Assembly (NCBI GenBank): GCA_034530615.2
Contig: JAVRCV020000028.1
Coordinates: forward strand, 1 to 64,000
Reading direction: 5' to 3'
DNA: 64,000 bases
Origin: Aulosira sp. ZfuVER01
GTDB lineage: Bacteria; Cyanobacteriota; Cyanobacteriia; Cyanobacteriales; Nostocaceae
In this document: positions 11,634 to 21,334 of the stretch, piece after piece
Layout of the letters: each line of letters begins with the position of its first letter
Numbering within the stretch: the stretch's first letter is position 1
Program-made: the position numbers and the translations under genes
The notes under the pieces: model-generated
The model's input: the letters and a program-made list of their open reading frames with translations, nothing else
Databases searched by the model: none
Told to the model about the DNA's origin: nothing

Positions 11634-11935
11634 AGCTATTTCAATGCTTTCAGTAGGTGATACCTCCACGGTTTTAACAGCCGCAGATTCTTTACCTTTA
11701 GCAGATTTTTCCTGGTTTGAGCGATGCTTTAATTTCTGAGACTTATGTTTGTGGCTTTTTTCCTTTTTGGCTTTAGTCTGTCAAGGGTGCGCCAAACCTG
11801 CGGCTGCTAATCAGAGTATAGCTGCGATCGCCGTTAAAAAACTCTCCAGTACATAGCTTGATAACCTTGCTGCTTCTACATACCAAGAGTTAGACAGATA
11901 CACATAACAGAAAAATAACAGCTTGGTTATTGATG

Positions 11936-12928
11936 TTATGCCTGGTTTTGAGAGACAGAAGACAAAAATTGTTGTAGTTCTTCGACTGTCTGAGAAGTTT
12001 TGATAACCTGTTGAATTGCTTTTAATTGTTGTAAATCATTAATTTGCGAGACAATTGGCATCAGTTCTAAGCCCAGAGTGCCAAATTTAATCTCTAATGC
12101 CAATTCAATACCACTTCGCAAGCCGCGTTCCTCACCACGTTGTTCACCGCGTTCTTCCCCACGTTTCTCACCCTCGCGTAAAATTTCTTGATACCAAGGT
12201 GACTCGCGTAAAACAGCCATATCCCACCTCATAATTTCCTTGACTAAGGCGCTATCTAGTACAAAAGTAGCAAAAAAAGCTAAAACAGTTTCCAGTTGAT
12301 TTAATTGTTGATCGGCACGCAAAATTTGTAATGCTTCTCTAATTATCGATTCATTTTCACCACCTTTAAGTATGGGCACAAACGGAAGTAATGACGGTCA
12401 TGGTTGTTGAAAGGCAATGTTAACATCGACTTCCCACAGGTTAATCACACGGTAATCTTGACGTGCTTGTAACCCTGCGACATTTGATGTGTAAGTTGAA
12501 GGTATTTCTGCGTTACTAACTTTGAGAAGATTAATGAGTACCGGATATATTGGTAAGTTATATTTTTCTTCTGCAAGACCAGCATAAGCACGCATTCGAC
12601 GCGGCATTTGTGGCTGATAGCGTAATTGTAATTCGTTGAGAACCAAAAATTCCCCTACTTGGGGACTACTAACGCGGATTAAAACGTCACCCTACGGGTT
12701 CGCAGTCGCTACAACGGGGAGGCAGCCGCGTGGGCGGGTTTCCCGACTTGAGCGGACTGCCGTGGGAACCCCCGCAACGCGCTGCTCACTTTCTCTACTA
12801 ATCCATTGAAATTCGGAATTGAGTATTTCTGTAGCTGTCACATCAGGAATCTGAGTCACCCATCTTACCCAATTGTCAGGGGCGAGGCTAATTAACTTTT
12901 TGGTGCTGACATCTGCCGATTTTGTCAT
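11936..12928 (-). pseudogene. Rpn-family (recombination-promoting nuclease / putative transposase) pseudogene
   Basis: Three in-frame fragments join to ...WISRES|DVLIRV...LNELQLRY..MPRRMRAYAGLAEEKY...LRESPWYQEI. Disrupted by a 99-bp insertion (12691-12789) carrying a TAG, and by a TGA at 12398-12400. Confidence 0.88.
12691..12789. mobile_element. Very small dispersed mobile repeat with a second copy nested inside
   Basis: TCAC duplicated at 12687-12690 and 12786-12789; removing the insert restores AGT GAC GTT (S-D-V); inner 44-bp unit at 12720-12763. Confidence 0.85.
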
Positions 12929-12984
12929 AAAACAGTTCTATTTAAAAGCAAGAACCTTAACTAAAGGTAGTGGTGACTAATGAC

Positions 12985-14337
12985 TTATAACAGCTTTGCT
13001 GACTCATACAAGCGTTTGAGCATGGCGGTAATCTTAGCACCATAATCTAAATCTGCTGACCAGCGCCCTGATAACTGATCGATTAATGGAGCAACACCCC
13101 GCGTCACAAAACGAAACCTCGGATCGACAACTTCGTTGACCAAAGGTTCTAAACTGGCGTAAGCTTTCAAATGTTGAATGTGCGCTCTCACTCCAATTCT
13201 GGCACTTTCAAAAGATGCTGCTTGTGAACTACCGCCAATTGTACCTAAACCAGCAAAGTTATTTTGCTCTGGTCTAATATCACTACCAAAGCGTAAAAAT
13301 CCAGTTTCAACACACATTTGGCAAAAAGCAATATCGTAGTTTATGCCCTCTGTTTTTGCTTCTTCTTGATAGAGTTTTGGGATGTCGGGAAATTTCACTA
13401 ACCCATTTTCATTGTTATTGCTGAGAAATACTTGTAACTCTTTTTCTGAAGTATTACCATTTGATACAATACGGTCAAATTGACCAGGGCAGACAACTAA
13501 AATTGAACGCAAACTTACAGTGCGCGTTGCAGCGTCCCAGCCTACAGAAACATTAAAATCTCGCAGTTCGATGGCTTTGACATACACTACTTTATGATAT
13601 GTAATCCGCCGAACTTCAGGTATTTTTGATAAGTCAACTTGTAAGCGATCTACTAAATCAATTGGGATGTAAGCATTGCCATTAATCAGTATTCCTTGTT
13701 CTGAGTATTTTTGCCCGTTAATGGTGATATTAATGGGTGGATAAGTTGGTTCTGGGGGAGGCCCTTGATTGGGGTCGATCGCCCGACTCCAAGATGCTAA
13801 TCCATCAGCAATTCCCAAAGCAAAATCGCGGCGACGAGTTTGTAATAAAGACCTATCTTCAGGACTGCTGAGAAAACCTACCTGCATTAACAAAGAAGCG
13901 ATCGCAGTTTGTCTGCAAAATATTAACCGACCCAATCCGCTATCTGTATCTGGTTTAACTCCCCGATTTGGTAACTGAGGTACGCGGCGCAACAGTCCTG
14001 TCAGCAAAAGTTCAGCATTGCTTTTGCGTTGATTGTTACTGGCAATGTAGAAAACGCTAGCCCCCCGTACACTAGGATTGCTGGCTGCATCAGCGTGAAT
14101 TTCTAGCGCTACATCAGTCGAACGACCACGAGAATTGATCCAGGCGATAGTATCAGTCGCACTCAGGTCATCGGGAACTGACAAAACTTCAAAACTCCGC
14201 GCTCTCAATTCGGTTACAATCAAATCCCGTAACAGAATCATCTCTTTAGCTTCAGTTGTCCCGCCTGCGATCGTCCCTGGATCAATTCCTCCAGCTTCTT
14301 TGCCTCCGTGAGCAGCAGAAATAAAAATACGCCCCAT
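12985..14337 (-). CDS. tftA: N-acetylmuramoyl-L-alanine amidase/glucosaminidase-domain protein (TftA-like)
   Basis: MGRIFISAAHGG..amidase_3 N-terminus (H, E, H); C-terminal QMCVETGFL..QNNFAGLG glucosaminidase-like domain. The symbol is from memory of Nostoc orthologues. Confidence 0.75.
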   Translation of the reverse strand: MGRIFISAAHGGKEAGGIDPGTIAGGTTEAKEMILLRDLIVTELRARSFEVLSVPDDLSATDTIAWINSRGRSTDVALEIHADAASNPSVRGASVFYIASNNQRKSNAELLLTGLLRRVPQLPNRGVKPDTDSGLGRLIFCRQTAIASLLMQVGFLSSPEDRSLLQTRRRDFALGIADGLASWSRAIDPNQGPPPEPTYPPINITINGQKYSEQGILINGNAYIPIDLVDRLQVDLSKIPEVRRITYHKVVYVKAIELRDFNVSVGWDAATRTVSLRSILVVCPGQFDRIVSNGNTSEKELQVFLSNNNENGLVKFPDIPKLYQEEAKTEGINYDIAFCQMCVETGFLRFGSDIRPEQNNFAGLGTIGGSSQAASFESARIGVRAHIQHLKAYASLEPLVNEVVDPRFRFVTRGVAPLIDQLSGRWSADLDYGAKITAMLKRLYESAKLL

Positions 14338-14490
14338 CTTCAGTATTTCCTCTTATAAGACTCAGCCTAAGCAATCCTATATTCATTCTTGGTTGAGCAA
14401 CAACAATATAATAGCCATCAGGAGTCCTTTATCATTTGTCCTTTGTTATTTTTCCCAAGTTCTTGAAAAAGGCAGTCACAAGGAAAAAAG

Positions 14491-14568
14491 AGACAAGGGG
14501 GATGAGGGGGACAAGGGAGACAAGGGAGAAATGCCCAATGCCCAATGCCCAATGCCCAATGCCCAATG
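14491..14568. repeat. Tandem GACAAGGGA repeats and (ATGCCCA)n STRR
   Basis: Visible 9-mer repeats followed by about 5 heptamer copies upstream of dnaG. Confidence 0.85.
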
Positions 14569-14575
14569 ACAAAAT

Positions 14576-16504
14576 ATGCAAATTCCTCGCTTGCACCCAG
14601 ATACGATTGAAGAAGTTAAACAACGTGCTGACATTGTAGATGTCATCTCAGAGTACGTAGTTTTACGCAAGCGCGGTAAAGATTTTGTGGGTTTATGCCC
14701 CTTCCACGATGAGAAAACTCCTAGCTTTACTGTCAGCCAGACCAAGCAAATGTACTACTGCTTCGGCTGTCAAGCTGGGGGAAATGCGATTAAGTTTTTA
14801 ATGGACTTGGGAAAGCGTTCCTTTGCTGAGGTGACTCTAGATTTAGCACGGCGTTACCAAATACCTGTGCAAACCCTAGAACCTGAGCAAAGGCAAGAAT
14901 TACAACGTCAGATTTCTTTGCGCGAACAGCTATATGAAGTTCTCGCTTCGACATCACAGTTTTATCAACACGCCCTCAGACAATCTCAAGGACAAAAAGC
15001 ACTACAGTATTTAAAACGCGATCGCCTCCTGCAAGAAGAGACAATTCAGCAATTTGGCTTAGGTTATGCTCCCGCAGGTTGGGAAACACTCTATCGTTAT
15101 TTGGTGGATAGCAAACACTACCCAGTGCAGCTGCTAGAAAAAGCCGGATTGATTAAACCCCGCAAAGAAGGGGGCGGTTATTATGATGTGTTCCGCGATC
15201 GCTTGATGATTCCCATCCGTGACATTCAAGGGCGGGTGATTGGCTTTGGTGGAAGAACTCTCACCGATGAGCAACCAAAGTATCTCAATTCCCCTGAAAC
15301 CGAGCTTTTTAGTAAAGGTAAAACTCTATTTGCTCTCGATCAAGCTAAATCTGGGATTTCGCAACTCGATCAAGCTGTGGTAGTGGAGGGATATTTTGAT
15401 GCGATCGCTCTCCATGCTGCGGGGATTAATAATGTTGTTGCGTCCCTTGGTACTGCCTTAAGTTTAGATCAAGTAAGGTTAGTATTACGCTATACCGATT
15501 CAAAACAATTAGTTCTCAACTTTGATGCCGATAGGGCAGGTACTAATGCCGCAGAAAGAGCGATCGGGGAAATTGCCGAACTGGCATATATGGGCGAAGT
15601 TCAGCTTAAGATTCTCAATATCCCTGATGGTAAAGATGCCGATGAATACTTACACAGCCATACCCCAGAAGACTATCGTCAACTATTAACCAATGCTCCC
15701 CTGTGGTTAAATTGGCAGATCGATCAAATCATCAAAGACCGCGATTTAAAACAAGCTACAGATTTTCAGCAAGTAACTCAGCAGATAGTAAAATTGCTGA
15801 AAAATATCGTTAATAATGATACACGCAATTATTATATTTCTTATTGTGCCGAAATCCTCAGCTTAGGAGATAGCAGACTAATTCCCCTAAGAGTGGAAAA
15901 TTTGTTGACTCAAATTGCGCCTGCTAGCAGTTACTCTCAGCCCCTACCATTCAGGAAAAAGGGGGAGAATGGTGGTAAATCGGTCAGTCGCCAATCTCCA
16001 ATTCCTGGGGGCGAACGCGGTTTGTTAGATCGAGCGGAAGCTTTATTGCTCCGGATTTACTTACATTGTCCCGAACAGCGCCAAGTTATTTTAGACACAT
16101 TAGAAGAGAGAGATTTACAATTTAGCCTTTCTCACCACCGATTTTTGTGGCTACAGATTGTCGAAGTACCAGGAGGAATGGAAGTAGATTTAGTTTCAAC
16201 TCTGCAAGACAAATACCCAGAGTTTCCTGAAGAGATGGCGTTAGTGTCTCATTTATTTCATCTTAATGAGAAAAGCCAGAAAGAAATATTGCGTACTCCC
16301 CAGGTAGTTCAGGCTGCGATCGCGTGTATGGAAAGAGTATTGCGAGAAAAGCGCTATCGTCACTTTTTGGAATTGTGGCAAGAAACCGATCCAGAAGCAG
16401 AACCAGAGAGATGGCAATCATATTATCAAGCCTTTTATACCGAAAAACTGCGACTTCAAGAACTAGATCGTCAACGGCAATTTTCAATCACAGACTTACT
16501 TTAG
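14576..16504 (+). CDS. dnaG: DNA primase
   Basis: CPFH..CFGC zinc finger, FRDRLMIPI, KYLNSPET, TOPRIM EGYFD and DADRAG. Confidence 0.98.
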   Translation: MQIPRLHPDTIEEVKQRADIVDVISEYVVLRKRGKDFVGLCPFHDEKTPSFTVSQTKQMYYCFGCQAGGNAIKFLMDLGKRSFAEVTLDLARRYQIPVQTLEPEQRQELQRQISLREQLYEVLASTSQFYQHALRQSQGQKALQYLKRDRLLQEETIQQFGLGYAPAGWETLYRYLVDSKHYPVQLLEKAGLIKPRKEGGGYYDVFRDRLMIPIRDIQGRVIGFGGRTLTDEQPKYLNSPETELFSKGKTLFALDQAKSGISQLDQAVVVEGYFDAIALHAAGINNVVASLGTALSLDQVRLVLRYTDSKQLVLNFDADRAGTNAAERAIGEIAELAYMGEVQLKILNIPDGKDADEYLHSHTPEDYRQLLTNAPLWLNWQIDQIIKDRDLKQATDFQQVTQQIVKLLKNIVNNDTRNYYISYCAEILSLGDSRLIPLRVENLLTQIAPASSYSQPLPFRKKGENGGKSVSRQSPIPGGERGLLDRAEALLLRIYLHCPEQRQVILDTLEERDLQFSLSHHRFLWLQIVEVPGGMEVDLVSTLQDKYPEFPEEMALVSHLFHLNEKSQKEILRTPQVVQAAIACMERVLREKRYRHFLELWQETDPEAEPERWQSYYQAFYTEKLRLQELDRQRQFSITDLL

Positions 16505-16665
16505 TAATTGGATTTGAGTATTGATATATGAAATTTTCGGAATCAATTATCCAAATAAATCAATCACAGGGTCACGGAGAAATAAGAGAGAGAGAATATT
16601 TTTACACAATTTTTTGGAGATTTTTTTAATTGTAAGTCCCGTTAAGAATTTATTTTGAAAATTAT

Positions 16666-17121
16666 ATGGATGATTCAAAGTTTTTTCTGATATTTGGTTC
16701 TATATTTGCTGGTATAGGTAGTATATTTGCTGTAACAGGCGTTATCTTTGTCGTAAATACTCATTCTTTTGTTGGCACAGCAGAATCTATACAAGGAACT
16801 GTAATTGATTTAAAGCTACGTTCATCAACTGATAGTAAAGGTCGCTCCTCTTCTGCTTACTATCCAGTCGTTAAATTTACTCCAAGTGCTGGTGAACCAA
16901 CTATATTTGAATCCAATACAGGTAGTCAACTACCATCATTTACTAAAGGTCAGCAAGTAGAAGTTATATACAACCCTCAAAAGCTAAATTCTGCTATGAT
17001 TAATTCTTGGTTTGAACTATGGTTTTTACCTACAATGTTTACTGGTATGGGATCACTTCTTGTTCTAATTGGAGGATCTGTACTAGTTACATATTTTCGG
17101 AGATCGGTAAGTTTAAAATAG
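16666..17121 (+). CDS. DUF3592-family membrane protein
   Basis: TM - beta domain (YYPVVKF...GQQVEVIYNP) - TM layout. Confidence 0.8.
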   Translation: MDDSKFFLIFGSIFAGIGSIFAVTGVIFVVNTHSFVGTAESIQGTVIDLKLRSSTDSKGRSSSAYYPVVKFTPSAGEPTIFESNTGSQLPSFTKGQQVEVIYNPQKLNSAMINSWFELWFLPTMFTGMGSLLVLIGGSVLVTYFRRSVSLK

Positions 17122-17230
17122 AAATGATATTATCTGGCTATAAGGCCTCCCAACGTAAGCAGTTTAAGGTTTTGACCCAACTTAATTATATTGCATAATA
17201 GCAATTCTATAGCCCGAAATTTGATAGGTT

Positions 17231-17770
17231 TCAATGATTATCAAGAATAAATCTTTGATATCTTTTGAGAATAAATGTGTTATTTTTTTTGATCAAATCA
17301 CCAGTTAAAAGTACTGGTAAACGCTCTTGATAGGCTTTAATAGCAAGAATATATGCTTGTCCAGCTAGTTCTGTTTTAATTAGACGCAATTTATCAAAAA
17401 CTACACCAAGTAATGTAATTTCCCCACTTAATTGGTCGGCATTAGGAGCTTCAATTCGCATAATTACTCCCTGAATTGTAATATTAGAGACATTAGTTAT
17501 TAGGTCACTTAAAATGTCAATCTGTGACCGATTTTCAACTTCTTCTAATATTTCAATAGCTTCCTGGATGCGAGTAGGATAATCACCTAGATGTTGATTA
17601 TTTGGTAACAAAATTTCAAATTCATCATGTTCTGGTTCTGGTTTAAGCCAAACTGTAGCATGATCAAGAAAAGGACGGTCTTCATGCCAACCATGAGATT
17701 GTAAGTAGTCCTTTAGTTGTTGTGGTTCGATAGTTTTGAGAATTTCTGCATCCCGCACAGTAACTTTCAT
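17231..17770 (-). CDS. Hypothetical protein, partner of the DUF4365 gene
   Basis: 179 aa; YL...GW..EILLP...LGDY N-domain; ATGA overlap with the upstream gene. Confidence 0.75.
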   Translation of the reverse strand: MKVTVRDAEILKTIEPQQLKDYLQSHGWHEDRPFLDHATVWLKPEPEHDEFEILLPNNQHLGDYPTRIQEAIEILEEVENRSQIDILSDLITNVSNITIQGVIMRIEAPNADQLSGEITLLGVVFDKLRLIKTELAGQAYILAIKAYQERLPVLLTGDLIKKNNTFILKRYQRFILDNH

Positions 17771-18264
17771 GGTTTTATTCCTTGACCAATTCCTTGCATA
17801 ATTGATTGAAGCGCGGCAACTGTAAATTGATTGGTTCTTGGTATGTTAATAGTTACAGCAGTTGTGTTCTGTGTTAAAACCATTCCCCTAAGAGATACCC
17901 AATATCCGCAATATCTCATGCAGAGTTCTGTTTCCGACTGTTGCAAGTAGTCGGCTAAGTTATCAGGGATTAACACCACAAGTAAAATTCTGGGAATGGC
18001 GAAGTTATCTAATCTCAAGTCATTGTAGTTTTTGAGTTTGAGAGGATAGCGAATAGCATTGTTGTCGAGAACGTCTCTTGATGTCGATTTTAACTGTAAT
18101 TCTAAGCGTGGCGATCGGATGCGTCCCGTACCTCCCTTAGCGGCTATACCTAAGTCTACGCTGTCATCGTCTACTTCCGGTCTGTAGACAGAATAGCCAG
18201 CAACTGATGCAACTGCTCGGACATAAGCGTTACTGAATTGTTCTTTTTGTTGATTAACATCCAC
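17767..18264 (-). CDS. DUF4365-family protein (PD-(D/E)XK nuclease-like fold)
   Basis: QKEQFS.AYV.AVA..AGY, DDDSVD, LELQLKST, YNDLR. GTG start at 18264 with GAGG RBS. Confidence 0.82.
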   Translation of the reverse strand: MDVNQQKEQFSNAYVRAVASVAGYSVYRPEVDDDSVDLGIAAKGGTGRIRSPRLELQLKSTSRDVLDNNAIRYPLKLKNYNDLRLDNFAIPRILLVVLIPDNLADYLQQSETELCMRYCGYWVSLRGMVLTQNTTAVTINIPRTNQFTVAALQSIMQGIGQGIKP

Positions 18265-18301
18265 GCTTACGCCGCCTCTATTTTTGAATTTTGAATTGGT
18301 A

Positions 18302-19567
18302 TTACTCCTCTTCATCCCAATCATCATCTTCGCTCCAGTACTGTTGCGGTGCATCACCGTGAATTTCTAAAATCTTGGCTTTTTTAATTTTGTTATCTGG
18401 CGGATCAATTCTTTCTAATTGCACATAAAATTCCCAATTGTCGCCAAAATCATAAAGATAGGTCATGCTTGTACCTGGTTCTAGAGCTAAATCACCAATG
18501 CGGACTTGATCGGCAAATGGGGGTGATTCCATGTAGGGATGACCAATTTTACAAGTGCGACCAAAACGGTCTTTATAACTAAATTCGTATAGGTGATCGT
18601 AGTCAAAATCAAAAGCATCGAGAATTGTACTAGCTAGTGAGCTTAATTGCCTTTTTGCAGGTATCGCAATACGTCGCCAAGACCTAGAGACAGATACTTT
18701 AAAAATATAAATCCCATCAGTGAAGCTTTGTTTGGGAAGAGTTAAATTATGCTCCCATTCGGGGAAGAATGGTTTAAAAATTGGCTGCAATTCGCCAAAA
18801 TTTATATCTACCTTATCCTCAAACTTTCCTGCCATACCAATGGGAAAGAGCAACCTAAATATAGCATCACCAAGAGATAAACGTTGCACGCTAGTAATGC
18901 GCCATCCTTTACCTTCTTGTGGTTTTCCTTGTTTGATAGCTAAGAATCCAAATAATTCTAACAGAGCGATATTATGCAATCCAGGATAATAGCTCACATC
19001 CTGTTGGTCTTCATATTTGGTAAACTTTAATCCTTTATCTGGTACACGCGCCCAAAATTGAATACACTTAAATAAATTATTCCATGTATCTTGACGTTCA
19101 CCTAAAATCTCGTTATTTCCCCAAATTAACCAGGCTTCTAGTAAAGTAAAATAACGTTCTGTTAAATTGAGGCTAGACCAAGATTCTAAGACAGCTTCAT
19201 CTAATAATAAAATCTGTTTTTTACCTTGGGATCTAAGTTGGACTATTCCCGAACTGCGTAATAATAAATAAAGTCCATTGATGTAAGGGTATGATTTTTG
19301 GACAGGACGTTTAAGTTTAGTTTCGATTGGGTGACTTAAACGTGAATTTAGTTCTGATAATACTTTTAAAGGCAGAAGATGATTAACACTACTTACTTCC
19401 ACGCCTTTCGGTTGGAGAAAATCTATTAAGATTTGAAAGTCATGCAGAATTTCACCGGGTTGATTTTCATCAATGCTTAGTTCTTTGAGAAGTTGTTGCT
19501 GTGACTCTGTTAAGGAAGGTAGTTCGGGATTGAGTGTGCGTTCTAATCTCGCAAATAAGTCTTCCAT
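18302..19567 (-). CDS. Plasmid pRiA4b ORF-3 family protein
   Basis: C-terminal WRRIAIP...ILDAFDFDYDHLYEF...YLYDFGDNWEF motif. Confidence 0.85.
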   Translation of the reverse strand: MEDLFARLERTLNPELPSLTESQQQLLKELSIDENQPGEILHDFQILIDFLQPKGVEVSSVNHLLPLKVLSELNSRLSHPIETKLKRPVQKSYPYINGLYLLLRSSGIVQLRSQGKKQILLLDEAVLESWSSLNLTERYFTLLEAWLIWGNNEILGERQDTWNNLFKCIQFWARVPDKGLKFTKYEDQQDVSYYPGLHNIALLELFGFLAIKQGKPQEGKGWRITSVQRLSLGDAIFRLLFPIGMAGKFEDKVDINFGELQPIFKPFFPEWEHNLTLPKQSFTDGIYIFKVSVSRSWRRIAIPAKRQLSSLASTILDAFDFDYDHLYEFSYKDRFGRTCKIGHPYMESPPFADQVRIGDLALEPGTSMTYLYDFGDNWEFYVQLERIDPPDNKIKKAKILEIHGDAPQQYWSEDDDWDEEE

Positions 19568-19715
19568 AATTAAAAATTAAAAATTGATTTAAAATAAAAA
19601 ACTTAACCTTTCCTGTAATCCTCTGCTTTTTATACCGCGAATGCAGAACTGCTCAATATGAAATATTTAATGGTAATATTTTCGCTTGCTAATTGAAAAC
19701 CCTAGAGATTTTGCT

Positions 19716-20267
19716 ATGAATAGTAACACTCGTCTCCAGATGATTCTGACTGACACACCTATAGGCATGATATTACCTGCGATCGCGCAGCTTAATCTAC
19801 CTGACTGGTGGTTAGCAGGTGGTGCGGTGCGAAATACAGTTTGGCGTTCAATTTTTGGTGATGACTGCGGGTTAGTTATCAAAGACTTTGATATTGCATT
19901 CTTCGATCAAAAAGGAAACCGTTCACAAGAACTAGCAGCAAAAGCCACCCTCACAGAACAGTTTCCTCATAATGAGTTTGATGTCAAAAATCAAGCTAGT
20001 TTTGCCCGTTGGCGTCCTGGTCGCAGACCTTACAATAGTACAGAGGACGGAATCAAAGAATGGTTACATACTGCTACTGCTGTAGGAGTTCGGCTAGATG
20101 CACAAAGGCAATGGCAATTTTTTACCCCTTATGGGTTGGATGATTTATTTAGTGGCATTATCCGAACTACGCCTGTGCATACTTATAACCCAAATGCTCA
20201 TCAAAAAGCATCTGGTTTTCTGCAAAAGTGCCCTTATCTGCAATTAGCACAAAGCAATTCTATTTGA
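19716..20267 (+). CDS. Nucleotidyltransferase-family protein (DUF925-like)
   Basis: WWLAGGAVRNTVW, IKDFDIAFFD, DVKNQA, PYGLDDLF. Confidence 0.82.
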   Translation: MNSNTRLQMILTDTPIGMILPAIAQLNLPDWWLAGGAVRNTVWRSIFGDDCGLVIKDFDIAFFDQKGNRSQELAAKATLTEQFPHNEFDVKNQASFARWRPGRRPYNSTEDGIKEWLHTATAVGVRLDAQRQWQFFTPYGLDDLFSGIIRTTPVHTYNPNAHQKASGFLQKCPYLQLAQSNSI

Positions 20268-20382
20268 GTAGAGATATTTTTCGTGATGGTAGCCAAGTAG
20301 GTGTAGTAGGGTGAGCAAAAAAGGTAAAAATTTCTTTAAATCGAGGATTTTCCTTTTAATCACCCAAAATATTCATATCTAT

Positions 20383-20586
20383 CTACAATCCTCTATCTGC
20401 CGCCAATTTTCGCAATCTTTGAACTAATTCCCTGCCACTTCCCAGCTTATGTTTAGATCCTAAGTCAATGAGTTCGCGTTCGATTTGTTGCCTGTCAATT
20501 GCATCCCCATCTAAATAAAACCCAAACACTATATCTACCATTGCATCTGTGTTTTGGTTGGTTAACCGTATCAAATTTTCTATCAT
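20383..20586 (-). CDS. Small hypothetical protein
   Basis: 67 aa ORF with ATG and GGAG RBS upstream; protein-like composition. Confidence 0.55.
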   Translation of the reverse strand: MIENLIRLTNQNTDAMVDIVFGFYLDGDAIDRQQIERELIDLGSKHKLGSGRELVQRLRKLAADRGL

Positions 20587-20764
20587 TGCCTATCTCCCAT
20601 AATTACTTCTAACAAGCCTGGAGTGCGAAAAACAGCATAATCAGATGTATAGTTCTCCCAGACTTATGCTATTCTTCCCGTGGTTTTACTTAAAATAACA
20701 AAGTATATGTTAAGAAAAATTTTGATATTTAAGTAGCTAAATATAGCTTGGTATTTTTTTGTAC

Positions 20765-20792
20765 AAAAAAACCGTAGCTGGCGACTACGGTT
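20765..20792 (-). terminator. Intrinsic terminator (minus strand)
   Basis: Minus strand reads ACCGTAG-TCGCCAG-CTACGGT followed by a T-run. Confidence 0.7.
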
Positions 20793-21164
20793 ATGTTGAG
20801 CGAACTGAATCTAATTTGCTGTGAGAAGATGGGAGTATTACAACGTGAGCAACTCGGCGTTGTGCAATGTCTTTGAAAACATAGTCTACTTGCTCTGTTT
20901 GCATCTGTCATTACTTAGGTAAGTGAATTAGGTTGGTGAGATATTTATCTAAGTCACCGTAAAATTTTGGTTAACAGGTAATGTCAACAAAGGTAATTTA
21001 GGGAGTTTAACCGTAATAACACAGTAACTTTTTTAAGTTAAAACACTTCACTATCGTGTGAGTGTTATCAGTAACCACAATTAACACCGTAACCGTAGCG
21101 GAAAATTCAGTAGGCTTATGTAATATTTCTTTAAACTTACTGTGAATTGCTTTTAGGCAATATA

Positions 21165-21186
21165 AAACCCTGAGTAACCCCAGGGC
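21165..21186 (-). terminator. Probable terminator of the NRPS transcript
   Basis: Minus strand CCCTGGG-GTTA-CTCAGGG-TTTT about 150 bp after the NRPS stop. Confidence 0.5.
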
Positions 21187-21334
21187 AGGCTAAAAAGTAA
21201 TATACCAGCGTTAAACATTATCAATTTGCTGGACATAGTATTGTTTCGTCCATTGGGTATATTTATTGATCTATCAAAAGACTTAAATATTAGACAAATC
21301 ACAGATACCCAATGTCAAAATTAACTTTGAGCTT

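Noticed and set aside
14432..14745. ORFs with GHWALGI / MPNAQCP repeats
   Set aside because: Translations of STRR tandem repeats, not genes; also not CRISPR because there are no spacers
20729..20911. 60-aa Cys-rich ORF as a possible RiPP precursor
   Set aside because: It runs through the terminator hairpin and no RiPP maturases are nearby; an RNA-level explanation fits better
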